Positions 1 through 8,836 of a DNA stretch of 64,000 nt are shown here, one piece after another. The notes beneath the pieces were generated by a model. That model worked only from the letters and a program-made list of their open reading frames with translations, was not told where the DNA came from and ran no database searches. A program made the translations under genes and the position numbers. The stretch lies in IMG/VR virus record IMGVR_UViG_3300023083_000001, positions 124,001 to 188,000 of that record. One strand, 5' to 3'. Within the stretch, counting starts at the first letter, position 1; each line of letters opens with the position of its first letter.

Positions 1-510
1 GTGGCTGGTAAAGTCTAGTTGGTTACCCGCATCGCGCATGTAAGAATAGTACAAACCTGCACTGTCGCCGTCGGTACCCGAACGCAACATCACCAACGTA
101 CCGTTGTCTTCCAACATCACCGCAACGTTACCGTAAGGAGACGCCGAGCTACCTGATTCAAACGAACCAGTGATGCCAGGCGGCAGATACTCACGGTCAC
201 CGTAGAACGAAAACGGCACGCCGCTGTTGTTATCCAGCAGTTGATCCAGTCTGCTGTCGAACTCAGGACCTGTATAGGTCCCGATAGAAGCCAGGCTCGC
301 TTGGTGGATGTTCTGCGCTAACTTCGACGTGTGTTTAGTGACTTCGCCACGCAGGATAGCGATGACTTGAGCTGGAGTTTGACCTTCTAGCTTATCGGAC
401 ACGTCGGCATGTTCGGCATTACCACCTGTCTTCGACAAGGCCTTTTCAAACTCGACCTTGAAGTCAGTCATTTTCTGCTTAATGTTAGCAATGGTACTTG
501 ATACCGACAT
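1..510 (-). CDS. Long tail-fibre/baseplate-periphery protein (phiKZ gp131-135-like family); 5' part only, runs off the window
   Basis: Not in the ORF track. ATG at 510 with GGGAG SD; translates MSVSSTIANIKQK...YLPPGITGSFESG...EDNGTLVMLRSGTDG...YYSYMRDA, a clear paralog of 2656..5535 (YLPPGVSGSFESG...EDDGTLVYLRNGTNG...YYAYMRDA). Confidence 0.8.
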   Translation of the reverse strand, partial: MSVSSTIANIKQKMTDFKVEFEKALSKTGGNAEHADVSDKLEGQTPAQVIAILRGEVTKHTSKLAQNIHQASLASIGTYTGPEFDSRLDQLLDNNSGVPFSFYGDREYLPPGITGSFESGSSASPYGNVAVMLEDNGTLVMLRSGTDGDSAGLYYSYMRDAGNQLDFTSH

Positions 511-533
511 TGCTCAAACTCCCGCTAAATCAA

Positions 534-1178
534 TTATTGAATTGCTGCCAGTTCTACTGCACCTGCTGCGAAACAATCGGCCAGGGATGTGCAGAACGAA
601 TCCATGGCAACAAAGCGCTTGTTGATCTGTTCCAACAGTAACGCTCTGGAAGCGGCGTCACCTTCACGGATAGCCGCGGCTACGTCGGCGTTGGATTCGA
701 CAACATACTTCATACCGTACAGATCGTAAGCATCATGCAAGTGAGGCGATGGAACGAACTGGGAAGGAACCCCAATCAGATCACCCCAAGCGACTGGACG
801 TTCGTCATTCTGCAAAGCTTCAAGCGCTTGGATGATGGCGTACTTGGAATACGAGAACTCACCACCGACCATCTGCGCACTGAAGAGCAGCGTTGTGCTG
901 ACGTCCAGGTTGCTGACTTGCACAGCGGTGTAAACAGCTTGACCTGTACGATCAGCCGCTTCCTTGTAATAGTGAACCAGTTTGTAGTCATCGATCGGTT
1001 TGAGAGTCTTACCGCTGACAACATCAACCAGTACAACACTACCACCAAAGAACGGACCGTAGTTGGCGCAGAAGATTCGGCCCTTACGAGTTCCGATCGT
1101 GTGTGCTTCGTTAATGACCTTGTTAGCCGCGCTGGTACCCAACAGGTCCAGCGGATACTTGAAAATTGTGTCTGCCAT
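534..1178 (-). CDS. Virion tail-associated protein, paralog of 5555..6304
   Basis: YPLDLLGTSAANKV...PFF...PSQFVPSPHLH motifs shared with 5555..6304; lies in the tail operon. Confidence 0.7.
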   Translation of the reverse strand: MADTIFKYPLDLLGTSAANKVINEAHTIGTRKGRIFCANYGPFFGGSVVLVDVVSGKTLKPIDDYKLVHYYKEAADRTGQAVYTAVQVSNLDVSTTLLFSAQMVGGEFSYSKYAIIQALEALQNDERPVAWGDLIGVPSQFVPSPHLHDAYDLYGMKYVVESNADVAAAIREGDAASRALLLEQINKRFVAMDSFCTSLADCFAAGAVELAAIQ

Positions 1179-1217
1179 TACAGATATCCCAAATTGGTGA
1201 ACTTGGCGTTCAGAAGA

Positions 1218-1934
1218 TTACGACACCCAGCCCGAAGGGAGTGTGTTAGCTGATGTCGGGTTGTTACCCACAGCCGGAATAGCTGAGCCTTTGGGAGTCA
1301 CCGAAATTCGGTAGTTATCCAGACGGCTAACCTTGCTGATATTCACAGCAGTAATAGCGCTAGCGCCCGTGACGACAGTACCCAAGAACATCCGTGAACT
1401 GGTCTCAACCAATTCAGTGGCCGAAACCAGATACGTGGCAACTGTACCGTTCCACTTCAAGTAGACGAAGAACGTCTTGTTGGAAGCAGGGGAGGAGATA
1501 GTTGCCAGATCAATATCAATGATCGGGGCCGTACGCACATACCCCGCCATGGCCACGGGAATCACACCCGTGAACTTGAGGACGAACGCCGCAGATGAGA
1601 TCGGCAATGCAGCTGTAGTGAAATCCCCGTATCGATAGAACGGCAATACACCTTCAGGGATACGTCGAACCAACGCGTCCACAACAGCCTCGCGTTCTAT
1701 GCTGCCAACATCAGCAGCAGTCGTCCCATGCGCGTTTACCTGGGCAATGTGAGCTGTTGTGGTATCGGTAGCAGCCTTAACCAAAGTCGTGGCTGTAACG
1801 GTGCCTATCAAGGATGCGTTCGCAGACGCTAGGGCTGTCGCAGGCTTCTTCTGCACAGCAGCGAGGAGTGTGGTCCTCAATCGGTTGAACTTACTTTCCA
1901 TCTGCGCGATGAGTTGATCAAACGCTGCACTCAT
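1218..1934 (-). CDS. Short tail-fibre family protein (gp131-135-like)
   Basis: Shares the N-domain and C-terminal domain (NKTFFVY...KVSRLDNYRIS.T..GSAIP) with neighbouring ORFs. Confidence 0.7.
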   Translation of the reverse strand: MSAAFDQLIAQMESKFNRLRTTLLAAVQKKPATALASANASLIGTVTATTLVKAATDTTTAHIAQVNAHGTTAADVGSIEREAVVDALVRRIPEGVLPFYRYGDFTTAALPISSAAFVLKFTGVIPVAMAGYVRTAPIIDIDLATISSPASNKTFFVYLKWNGTVATYLVSATELVETSSRMFLGTVVTGASAITAVNISKVSRLDNYRISVTPKGSAIPAVGNNPTSANTLPSGWVS

Positions 1935-1949
1935 GTGAAATACTCCTGA

Positions 1950-2651
1950 TCAACTTTTCCAGCTGGCGTCTAATGCCGCCGGTGCTGTAGGTAGACCAGT
2001 GGTGACTGGAATGGAACTACCGCGCCCAGTTGCGGACAGTCGATAATTGTCGAGTTTGGTTACTTTCTCAAGCAGTACCGATGAGATCGCACTGATTGAC
2101 GTCACCACCTGACCGATATAGATCTGAGTAGCGGATTCCACCAAGTACGTTTCACTGAACAGATAGCTGGCCACGTTATTGCTGACCACCGCGTACGCGT
2201 ACAGTCGCTTACTGGCGTTCAACACAATCGACTGCGCGGGCAGTAAGTAATAACTTCCCCAACACAGAAACGGAATGGCCTGAGTAAATGTCAATGTCAA
2301 GCCGCTGCTCGTCACTGGCAAAGCCGCAGCATCCAGTGTCCCGTATTGCGTCACTGGCAAACCACCCTGGAGAGCCTTAGGCGCTAAAAGCGCATTGACT
2401 TCAGCAGGGGTGGGTGCGTTGAGCAGTACTGGTGTTAACTTGTGTGGGTTGTTGACAGCATTGTTGTGGGGTGTCATCGGAGCATCAGCGTCCGTCTTCA
2501 TCTGAGCCGGTGTACGGTTGTTCAAAGCTGTACTGTTATCCGACGTCCCCACCCGAGGGGCAGGGCGTGTCAAGATGCGAGTGATCTGATTGGTGAAGGA
2601 TTTAATCTCCACCTTCAGATTCTCCAGCCTCACTTGGAGGTCTGTCGCCAT
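1950..2651 (-). CDS. Short tail-fibre family protein (gp131-135-like)
   Basis: NNPHKLTP repeat and C-terminal KVTKLDNYRLSATGRGSSIP shared with paralogs. Confidence 0.7.
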   Translation of the reverse strand: MATDLQVRLENLKVEIKSFTNQITRILTRPAPRVGTSDNSTALNNRTPAQMKTDADAPMTPHNNAVNNPHKLTPVLLNAPTPAEVNALLAPKALQGGLPVTQYGTLDAAALPVTSSGLTLTFTQAIPFLCWGSYYLLPAQSIVLNASKRLYAYAVVSNNVASYLFSETYLVESATQIYIGQVVTSISAISSVLLEKVTKLDNYRLSATGRGSSIPVTTGLPTAPAALDASWKS

Positions 2652-2655
2652 TACA

Positions 2656-5535
2656 TCAACTCCATTCTAGAGGTTTGGCGGAACTCGGATTACCTACCGA
2701 TACTGGAATAGCTGAGCCTACAGATGTTGCACTGAGGCGAGCGTTACCGAGGCGAGTTACCTTTTCCACATTAATCGACGTGATCCCTTGACTGTCTGTT
2801 GTCAGTTGACCGAGATACATGTTGATGTTGGACTCAGCGGACGCAGCCAACTCGACTTTGTACGACGCAACGTTACCAACCAGGCGGGCGTAGATGTAGA
2901 ACGTTTTGTTAGCAGGATCCGATGTAACCGTTTTAAGGTCCACACTGGTTACCGGCATTGCAAAATACTTCCCGTTCAACACTAACGGAGTCTCTTCGGA
3001 GAAATAAACCGAATAACCTTCCGGCACATCCTGCGCTGCCAATACAGTCCATGCCGATTGAGGAGCCACCGTCGCTCCAGTCAACGCATCAAACTCGCTG
3101 TCGGTAGTAGCCAACCGTTGATGGATTAGCTTAGCCGCATCATCGCCGTATCCAGCCGCCCCATATGTCGCGTAACACACACCAAACCCAAGTTGCGGGT
3201 GTGCGAAGAAGTTACGTGACTGACCGTAGTTGTTAAAACCACGATATTTATAAGCTGCATCCGTCACGAAATTACCGGTTGCTTTCTCTACCCGGAACAT
3301 GAATGACATCAGCGCATTCGTACCAGTGCCATTTGCGTTAGCGCATGACGTAATCCCGACCAACCAGGATGTTGCCGTTGCGTAGATCGCAACGTTACCA
3401 CCCAGACGTAGATTAGCAGCCTGAGGACCTACAGTAAGGCCAATCCCGATAGTGGTGTTGAGCATTGGACCAATGCCGTTGGCCAACGTTACCGCCGATA
3501 TGTTGCCACTTGCATCGTAGGTGACGTTTACTTTAGCAATCGAGAAATAAATGTTCCGGTCAGTACTGCAAAATGCATACACCACAAACGGAGGACAACC
3601 ATTCCTCGGAATAATCAACTCGATGTATTGGTTAAGCGAAGTCTTATTAAGTGCCGCCTCAGCCGCCGCCTGGTACGCGGAGCAGATCGATTGCATCACC
3701 GTTTCAGTTACGGTGACTGTTCCTGTTTGCGTCAGATCAAAGTTCAAACGCTCTGCGCCTGACAGCTTGATGCTTCTGCTGACAAACCGTAGACCAGTCA
3801 ATGAAACATTCGATCCATCAACTTCATTCACCGTACCTGTGAATGGAACTTCGGAGATACCATCGTCCATCAGATATCTACGGAATGTTGAAGGACGGTA
3901 ACCGACCAGATCTGACAGGTAGATTGATTTGTAAGTGTAGTTGGGACTACCTTCCAACAGGGTCTGTGCGAAGGCTTTTCTGAACGACGCGTCACCCTGA
4001 CCATCACTCATTAGAATCAGTTTGTTAGGACCCAGTAACATAGGCGTAACCAAGTTACTACCCAATGCTGACCCAAACTGAGGATTCTGCACAACACTAC
4101 GCACCATCGTCGTACGGGCAGACGTGGCTTTCAACGCATCGAACTTGTTGGTCCAGCCTGTAACTTTACCGTGCTCGGTTATAACCGTGTCGATGGTGTT
4201 TCTGATCATGATGCGGAACACGTTACCACTTTCATCGAAGACGTAGTTGGAACGTTGTTGACTTGCCGACATCAGTGCGTCTAAAGAACTTGCTGCGAAC
4301 ACAGGACCTGCGTACATGGTCGAAGTATCCACCACCGTACTTTGGGTGTCGTAACCAGAATCCAATGTAGCTGTTTTGGTCACAGGGTCGTAAGTCCAGC
4401 TCACCGCCCAGGTCGCAACAATTGCGTTATTCGCACTGGCGTAACGACAAGTGGCCCACATTTTGGTGCGGATAAGCCCTGCGGCGTTGGCAGCGGAGAC
4501 CAGAGTAGGGGGTTGGTAATAGAACAGGTTCAAAGATGTAAACGAACCTGACCACAACACCATGGGATTCAACGCAGCATTGTTACTTGAGCCGATATCA
4601 CACAGGTGGATAGCGTCTTTGGTGTATGTGATTCCATTAAAGCCTTTGGTTGTAATCCCTGTGACTTTAGTTAGGGTAACATTCCCGCCGTTCAAACCAG
4701 CCAGCGTTGCTACTGGCACGGTATAAACGTTGAACTCAATTGCAGTGTTGCCTGCGGCGGTGTAGGTCACGCCGAAGAAATAAACGGTATCCCCAATGAC
4801 GAAGGCCTCGCCAATGCCGTTACCCAACGCTGCGTACTGTGCGGCAGTCAAAATACCACCAGTGTGGTAACGGTCGTCGTATGTTCCGTTGGTGAGCGAC
4901 ATGAAGAAGTCGCCTGCCACACCGTTAGCATTTTGCAGACGACCTATCAACACGGTTGATGAGGTGGCGATGATGTCAGACGCAGTGTACCCTGCGGGGA
5001 AATATGACGGTTGGTATCGACGGTTGGTTTTGATACTTTGACGGTCGGAATACAACGCCGCATCACGCATGTAAGCGTAATAGACACCTTTAGTCGAACC
5101 ATTCGTACCGTTACGCAGATACACCAACGTACCGTCGTCTTCTACAAACCCGCCACTTGCCCGATAGGCCACGGCAGTAGTCCCTGATTCAAACGAACCC
5201 GAGACCCCAGGTGGTAGGTAACCGGAGCTGCCATACCGCGAGACAGGAACGACGCCTTCAGGCAGCAGCGTGTTCAACGAGGCATTGAATGCAGTGAGGC
5301 TTTGAACACCAATCTGAGCTGCGGTCTCACCATGAGCTGCGCCCGTCTTAGCGACGTGAGTGTCGGTGACGGCGCGGACGCTGGCTGTCAGTTGACTCAA
5401 ATTCAGATTACCCACTTTCAAGGCAACATCTGCCAAGGTCGAGGTCTTGCGCTTACTCTTGCAAACTTGAGTCGTCAGCGTGAACAATCTTGAGATTGCT
5501 GCTTTCTGCTCAGCAATACGTTCAGATAAACTCAT
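2656..5535 (-). CDS. Long tail-fibre/receptor-binding candidate (gp131-like, beta-rich)
   Basis: 959 aa, rich in G/S/T/Y; same N- and C-domains as the short paralogs plus about 730 aa of extra central sequence. Confidence 0.75.
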   Translation of the reverse strand: MSLSERIAEQKAAISRLFTLTTQVCKSKRKTSTLADVALKVGNLNLSQLTASVRAVTDTHVAKTGAAHGETAAQIGVQSLTAFNASLNTLLPEGVVPVSRYGSSGYLPPGVSGSFESGTTAVAYRASGGFVEDDGTLVYLRNGTNGSTKGVYYAYMRDAALYSDRQSIKTNRRYQPSYFPAGYTASDIIATSSTVLIGRLQNANGVAGDFFMSLTNGTYDDRYHTGGILTAAQYAALGNGIGEAFVIGDTVYFFGVTYTAAGNTAIEFNVYTVPVATLAGLNGGNVTLTKVTGITTKGFNGITYTKDAIHLCDIGSSNNAALNPMVLWSGSFTSLNLFYYQPPTLVSAANAAGLIRTKMWATCRYASANNAIVATWAVSWTYDPVTKTATLDSGYDTQSTVVDTSTMYAGPVFAASSLDALMSASQQRSNYVFDESGNVFRIMIRNTIDTVITEHGKVTGWTNKFDALKATSARTTMVRSVVQNPQFGSALGSNLVTPMLLGPNKLILMSDGQGDASFRKAFAQTLLEGSPNYTYKSIYLSDLVGYRPSTFRRYLMDDGISEVPFTGTVNEVDGSNVSLTGLRFVSRSIKLSGAERLNFDLTQTGTVTVTETVMQSICSAYQAAAEAALNKTSLNQYIELIIPRNGCPPFVVYAFCSTDRNIYFSIAKVNVTYDASGNISAVTLANGIGPMLNTTIGIGLTVGPQAANLRLGGNVAIYATATSWLVGITSCANANGTGTNALMSFMFRVEKATGNFVTDAAYKYRGFNNYGQSRNFFAHPQLGFGVCYATYGAAGYGDDAAKLIHQRLATTDSEFDALTGATVAPQSAWTVLAAQDVPEGYSVYFSEETPLVLNGKYFAMPVTSVDLKTVTSDPANKTFYIYARLVGNVASYKVELAASAESNINMYLGQLTTDSQGITSINVEKVTRLGNARLSATSVGSAIPVSVGNPSSAKPLEWS

Positions 5536-5554
5536 GGTTGAGATCCTTAGAAAC

Positions 5555-6304
5555 TTAAATGGCTTCCAGCTGATCGCCTGCCGCTGTGTAGGAATCGGTC
5601 ATGCTGGTGACCAAATGTTCGATATCGTCAGCCGATACGCCGAAGCCCAACGCTTCCAACTTCGCGTCTACTTCATCGGCGGTGTAGAACTCCGACAGCA
5701 GGATAGGTGGGTTATCCAGGAACGTCTGGGTCTTCTCACGAATCGCTGCCGCTACGTCGTACGTGGCGATGACGACTTCATTCATCCCGGTGACGTCAGT
5801 CGCAGGGTGGCCGTGAGGTAGAGGTGGGAACGTTTCAGGCTTGTCGCTGACCAGCTCGTAGCTGACCGAACGTGGGTCGACCAAACGATTCGACAGGATC
5901 TCGAGGATCGTGTTCTCGTCCAGTGTCCAGGTACCGCCAAGTGTTTGGTATTCGGTGAATTCGATCTGACCAGCGAGCGCTCGGTCGTAGAACAGAATAC
6001 TGGCGTAGATACCACCCTTCACGTTCTCGACTTCAAAGCTTGCCTGGATAAAACGGTGACCTGGCGCCCAGTCCGTACCACGCACCAACATACGCCCAGT
6101 CGTGGTATGTTTGATCTTCATCGAATCGCGGAAGAACGGTGTAGCAAATGGGATGACAAAATGGAAGTTGATCTCTCCATCGTTATCTTCAGGTGCAGGC
6201 GGTGGATTGAGTGTCTGTTTTTCACCTACGACTTTGTTAGTGGCCGCAGCCCCAGTCAGGTCAAGCGGATAAAGATAGGCTGTTACGTCTGTGGTGGCCA
6301 TCAT
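5555..6304 (-). CDS. Virion tail-associated protein, paralog of 534..1178
   Basis: YPLDLTGAAATNKV...PFF...PETFPPLPHGH; GGAG SD. Confidence 0.7.
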   Translation of the reverse strand: MMATTDVTAYLYPLDLTGAAATNKVVGEKQTLNPPPAPEDNDGEINFHFVIPFATPFFRDSMKIKHTTTGRMLVRGTDWAPGHRFIQASFEVENVKGGIYASILFYDRALAGQIEFTEYQTLGGTWTLDENTILEILSNRLVDPRSVSYELVSDKPETFPPLPHGHPATDVTGMNEVVIATYDVAAAIREKTQTFLDNPPILLSEFYTADEVDAKLEALGFGVSADDIEHLVTSMTDSYTAAGDQLEAI

Positions 6305-6319
6305 AGGTCTCCATTAAAA

Positions 6320-6366
6320 TATGGGACTCAGCGTGTATAACCTAAGACGCTGAGCATATCATTTTT
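6320..6366. promoter_or_regulatory. Putative face-to-face late promoters around a hairpin
   Basis: TATG on + at 6320-6323; inverted repeat CTCAGCGT/ACGCTGAG at 6327-6354; AAAAATGATATG on - (CATA at 6355-6358). TATG is the known phiKZ late-promoter motif. Confidence 0.45.
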
Positions 6367-6380
6367 CGATGAGGTGCAGT

Positions 6381-7637
6381 ATGTATACCTGCGTAAGAGC
6401 AATTGTTTGCCCACGTGGCGTAAACGCAAGATTCAGCGAGACGCAGGTGGGTGGCATCGCAGTACGTGACCTCCTCACTCAGAACATGTCCGTACAGTTG
6501 GTGTTGAAACATCCTGCAATTAATCACGAGGTAGGTTTGAACCTCACCACTGTCGCTGATTTGATCTACAGCATCAGACCCGACATTACGGTGAACGACT
6601 GGTTGTTTGCATTGGGGAATAAAACCCTCCCCACAACCGACACGGTCTTGAAGAAGACGGTCAGTCTGATTCGTTACAACGATGCGTTCATGGCAGGGTA
6701 TCACTTGAACCGTCAACATCCTTTGGCAGCAGCTGATTCGCAGCTACCTGATTCAGAATTGACTGACATCCTGATGACCAAGAATGGGATCACGTACAAA
6801 GAGCTTTATGAAAGCTGCCTGATCTCCGTCAACGGTCTTCTACACTTGACTGATTATTCCACACGTGGACTTCGGGTCAAGGACGCAGGGCAGTCAGTGC
6901 GGTATGCCAACAAGAACTCGATCGGCATGATCAGTTTCCGGGAAGTGGGCAAGTTGAGCTTCTTTCCTATTAAAGGAGATTCGCTCAAACCGTTCGCTAC
7001 CGATGCGCCCCTGAAGAATGGGTTCACCATTTCTCTTCCCAATGTCGATCTGTCAAACAAGATCGCAATGTTGTCAATTGGCGGTGTATTACATTTTGCC
7101 GATGACTGTTACCGCGTGACAGGCGATCATTCGATCCTGGTCGAATGGTGGAAGATTCCATTCGCTCATCGGTACTTTGACGCCGAACCTTTTATCGACA
7201 TGCGGACCTTCGAAGCCACGTTGGTGCGTAACCCACGTCACGGCAGCGCCTTGGACCTTGACCAAGCCATGACCGATGCATCTATCCGTGCCTACATGGA
7301 GCTGTCGCAAACATTCCTGATCCTGCTTGAGGCAGACCACTTCTATTACGAACGTCACGCCACAGAGATGACAGGGCTGCAAGGGCGGTACTACTCATAC
7401 GAGCGGCCTGACCTACCTCTGCAACTGGAGAATGGTTTCCTTCCACCGTACGTGGCTACACCTGAGAATGGCGTTTACGTGATTGCTCTGGACGACAACC
7501 TGATTCCCCGTTATGTCCATGACACCAAGCCAATTACTGACGATCATTACTTCAACAAAGCTAAACGTTCGTCTCGTCCCGGTTACTATTCAGCAGGGTA
7601 TCTGTTGGAGATGGGGCGTGAGTATTTGAGCGCCTAA
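6381..7637 (+). CDS. Conserved phiKZ-like virion structural protein (baseplate candidate)
   Basis: Long ORF; start moved to ATG 6381 behind GAGG SD; tail-gene context. Confidence 0.55.
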   Translation: MYTCVRAIVCPRGVNARFSETQVGGIAVRDLLTQNMSVQLVLKHPAINHEVGLNLTTVADLIYSIRPDITVNDWLFALGNKTLPTTDTVLKKTVSLIRYNDAFMAGYHLNRQHPLAAADSQLPDSELTDILMTKNGITYKELYESCLISVNGLLHLTDYSTRGLRVKDAGQSVRYANKNSIGMISFREVGKLSFFPIKGDSLKPFATDAPLKNGFTISLPNVDLSNKIAMLSIGGVLHFADDCYRVTGDHSILVEWWKIPFAHRYFDAEPFIDMRTFEATLVRNPRHGSALDLDQAMTDASIRAYMELSQTFLILLEADHFYYERHATEMTGLQGRYYSYERPDLPLQLENGFLPPYVATPENGVYVIALDDNLIPRYVHDTKPITDDHYFNKAKRSSRPGYYSAGYLLEMGREYLSA

Positions 7638-7642
7638 ACAAA

Positions 7643-7680
7643 ATAGAATGCCAGGAGGTCACCCTCCTGGCTCTATGCTG
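7643..7680. terminator. Bidirectional hairpin terminator
   Basis: GCCAGGAGG-TCAC-CCTCCTGGC then TCTATGCTG, between convergent genes. Confidence 0.7.
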
Positions 7681-7947
7681 TTAGAAAGGTAGATCAAACC
7701 ACGGATTACCGTTGGCTTCATGACTACACGTAGCCCGGTTACCCGTTCGGACCACAGGTATTCCGTTCCATGTCATCCAACCAGATCCTTCAGCCATCAC
7801 AGGCCCTGCGTGAGCGCCCGTACCGTGCCCAGCAACGCCGTCCCCTAACAAGGAGATAGGTTTGCCGAAGATGGTCCATGGGATAGCTCCAGGGCCTGTG
7901 ATGACACCACCAGCGATCGATTCGCTAACCAGTGAAATAGCAACCAT
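7681..7947 (-). CDS. PAAR-like tail spike tip protein
   Basis: 88 aa with GKPISLLGD..GH....H...M.EGS...NGIPVVRTG.RATCSH, the PAAR repeat pattern with His/Cys metal ligands; TAATG overlap with the spike gene. Confidence 0.85.
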   Translation of the reverse strand: MVAISLVSESIAGGVITGPGAIPWTIFGKPISLLGDGVAGHGTGAHAGPVMAEGSGWMTWNGIPVVRTGNRATCSHEANGNPWFDLPF

Positions 7948-8765
7948 TATGTCGACCCTTGGAAACGAGGTGTTTTAAGAGTAGTGAGTGCCGAAGTCCA
8001 CGTCTGCTTCGTACCACCCACCGTAATACTGGCCAGAGTACCAGCGTCCATCAACAGTTGTTTACCCGCAGAGATCTTGATGTCGCGCACAGCTTTAGCC
8101 ATGATGTCTTGCGGGGCGTACATGTTGATGTCTTTCTGATCCAGCTTGACGAACGTACCTTTACTGTTCTGCAAATGAATCAGGTTCAACTTACTGACCA
8201 GATTGATGAAGTTACCAATGTCGTCAGTCAGCGTGAACTCACCTACAGCGAAGTCAAAGAACATTTCGTACAGGTAAGGTTCACCGTTAGCCTTGCACGA
8301 CCGGAACGCCAACTTCTTGCTATGACTGGAGAATTCGAACCAGTACATGTTGTCAGTATTTAGAACGGTGGACTTCTCGTCCTTAGTAGCGCTGATACCG
8401 AAGACGATGGTTTCCAGCTTACGCAGGTTATCGTCAAGCCCCAACGTGGACCAGTAATACTTGTCATTGTCCGCCACTTGCCACAACTGGATACGCTCAC
8501 CACGACGCACATCGGGTGCTGTCAGGCGATTACTACCCATTGGTAGCCAAAAGGCTCTGAGGGTGTTATCACTGATGATCCCGCCCTGAACTTCAACGTC
8601 GTTGAGGTCCTTGGTCTTAAATTGCATCTGTTCCGGGTTACTGGTGACCTCACCATCGCGCATGGTCGACCATTCAGTGGGGAACCAAGCGATCTCTTTA
8701 GATTGAAGATCCTTGTTCTCCGCAACCATGCCCAGCGCTACAGGTCTGAAAACAGAAACATCCAT
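7947..8765 (-). CDS. Baseplate central spike (phiKZ gp164-like; OB-fold plus beta-helix)
   Basis: RLTAPDVRRGERIQLW OB-fold motif, beta-strand repeats at the C-terminus, directly upstream of PAAR. Confidence 0.8.
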   Translation of the reverse strand: MDVSVFRPVALGMVAENKDLQSKEIAWFPTEWSTMRDGEVTSNPEQMQFKTKDLNDVEVQGGIISDNTLRAFWLPMGSNRLTAPDVRRGERIQLWQVADNDKYYWSTLGLDDNLRKLETIVFGISATKDEKSTVLNTDNMYWFEFSSHSKKLAFRSCKANGEPYLYEMFFDFAVGEFTLTDDIGNFINLVSKLNLIHLQNSKGTFVKLDQKDINMYAPQDIMAKAVRDIKISAGKQLLMDAGTLASITVGGTKQTWTSALTTLKTPRFQGST

Positions 8766-8836
8766 GGGGACTCCTGGAGTGTAATTTAACGAAGTAGCCT
8801 AATGTTACAGCCGAATGACCAAGGAGTCATCCAGAG

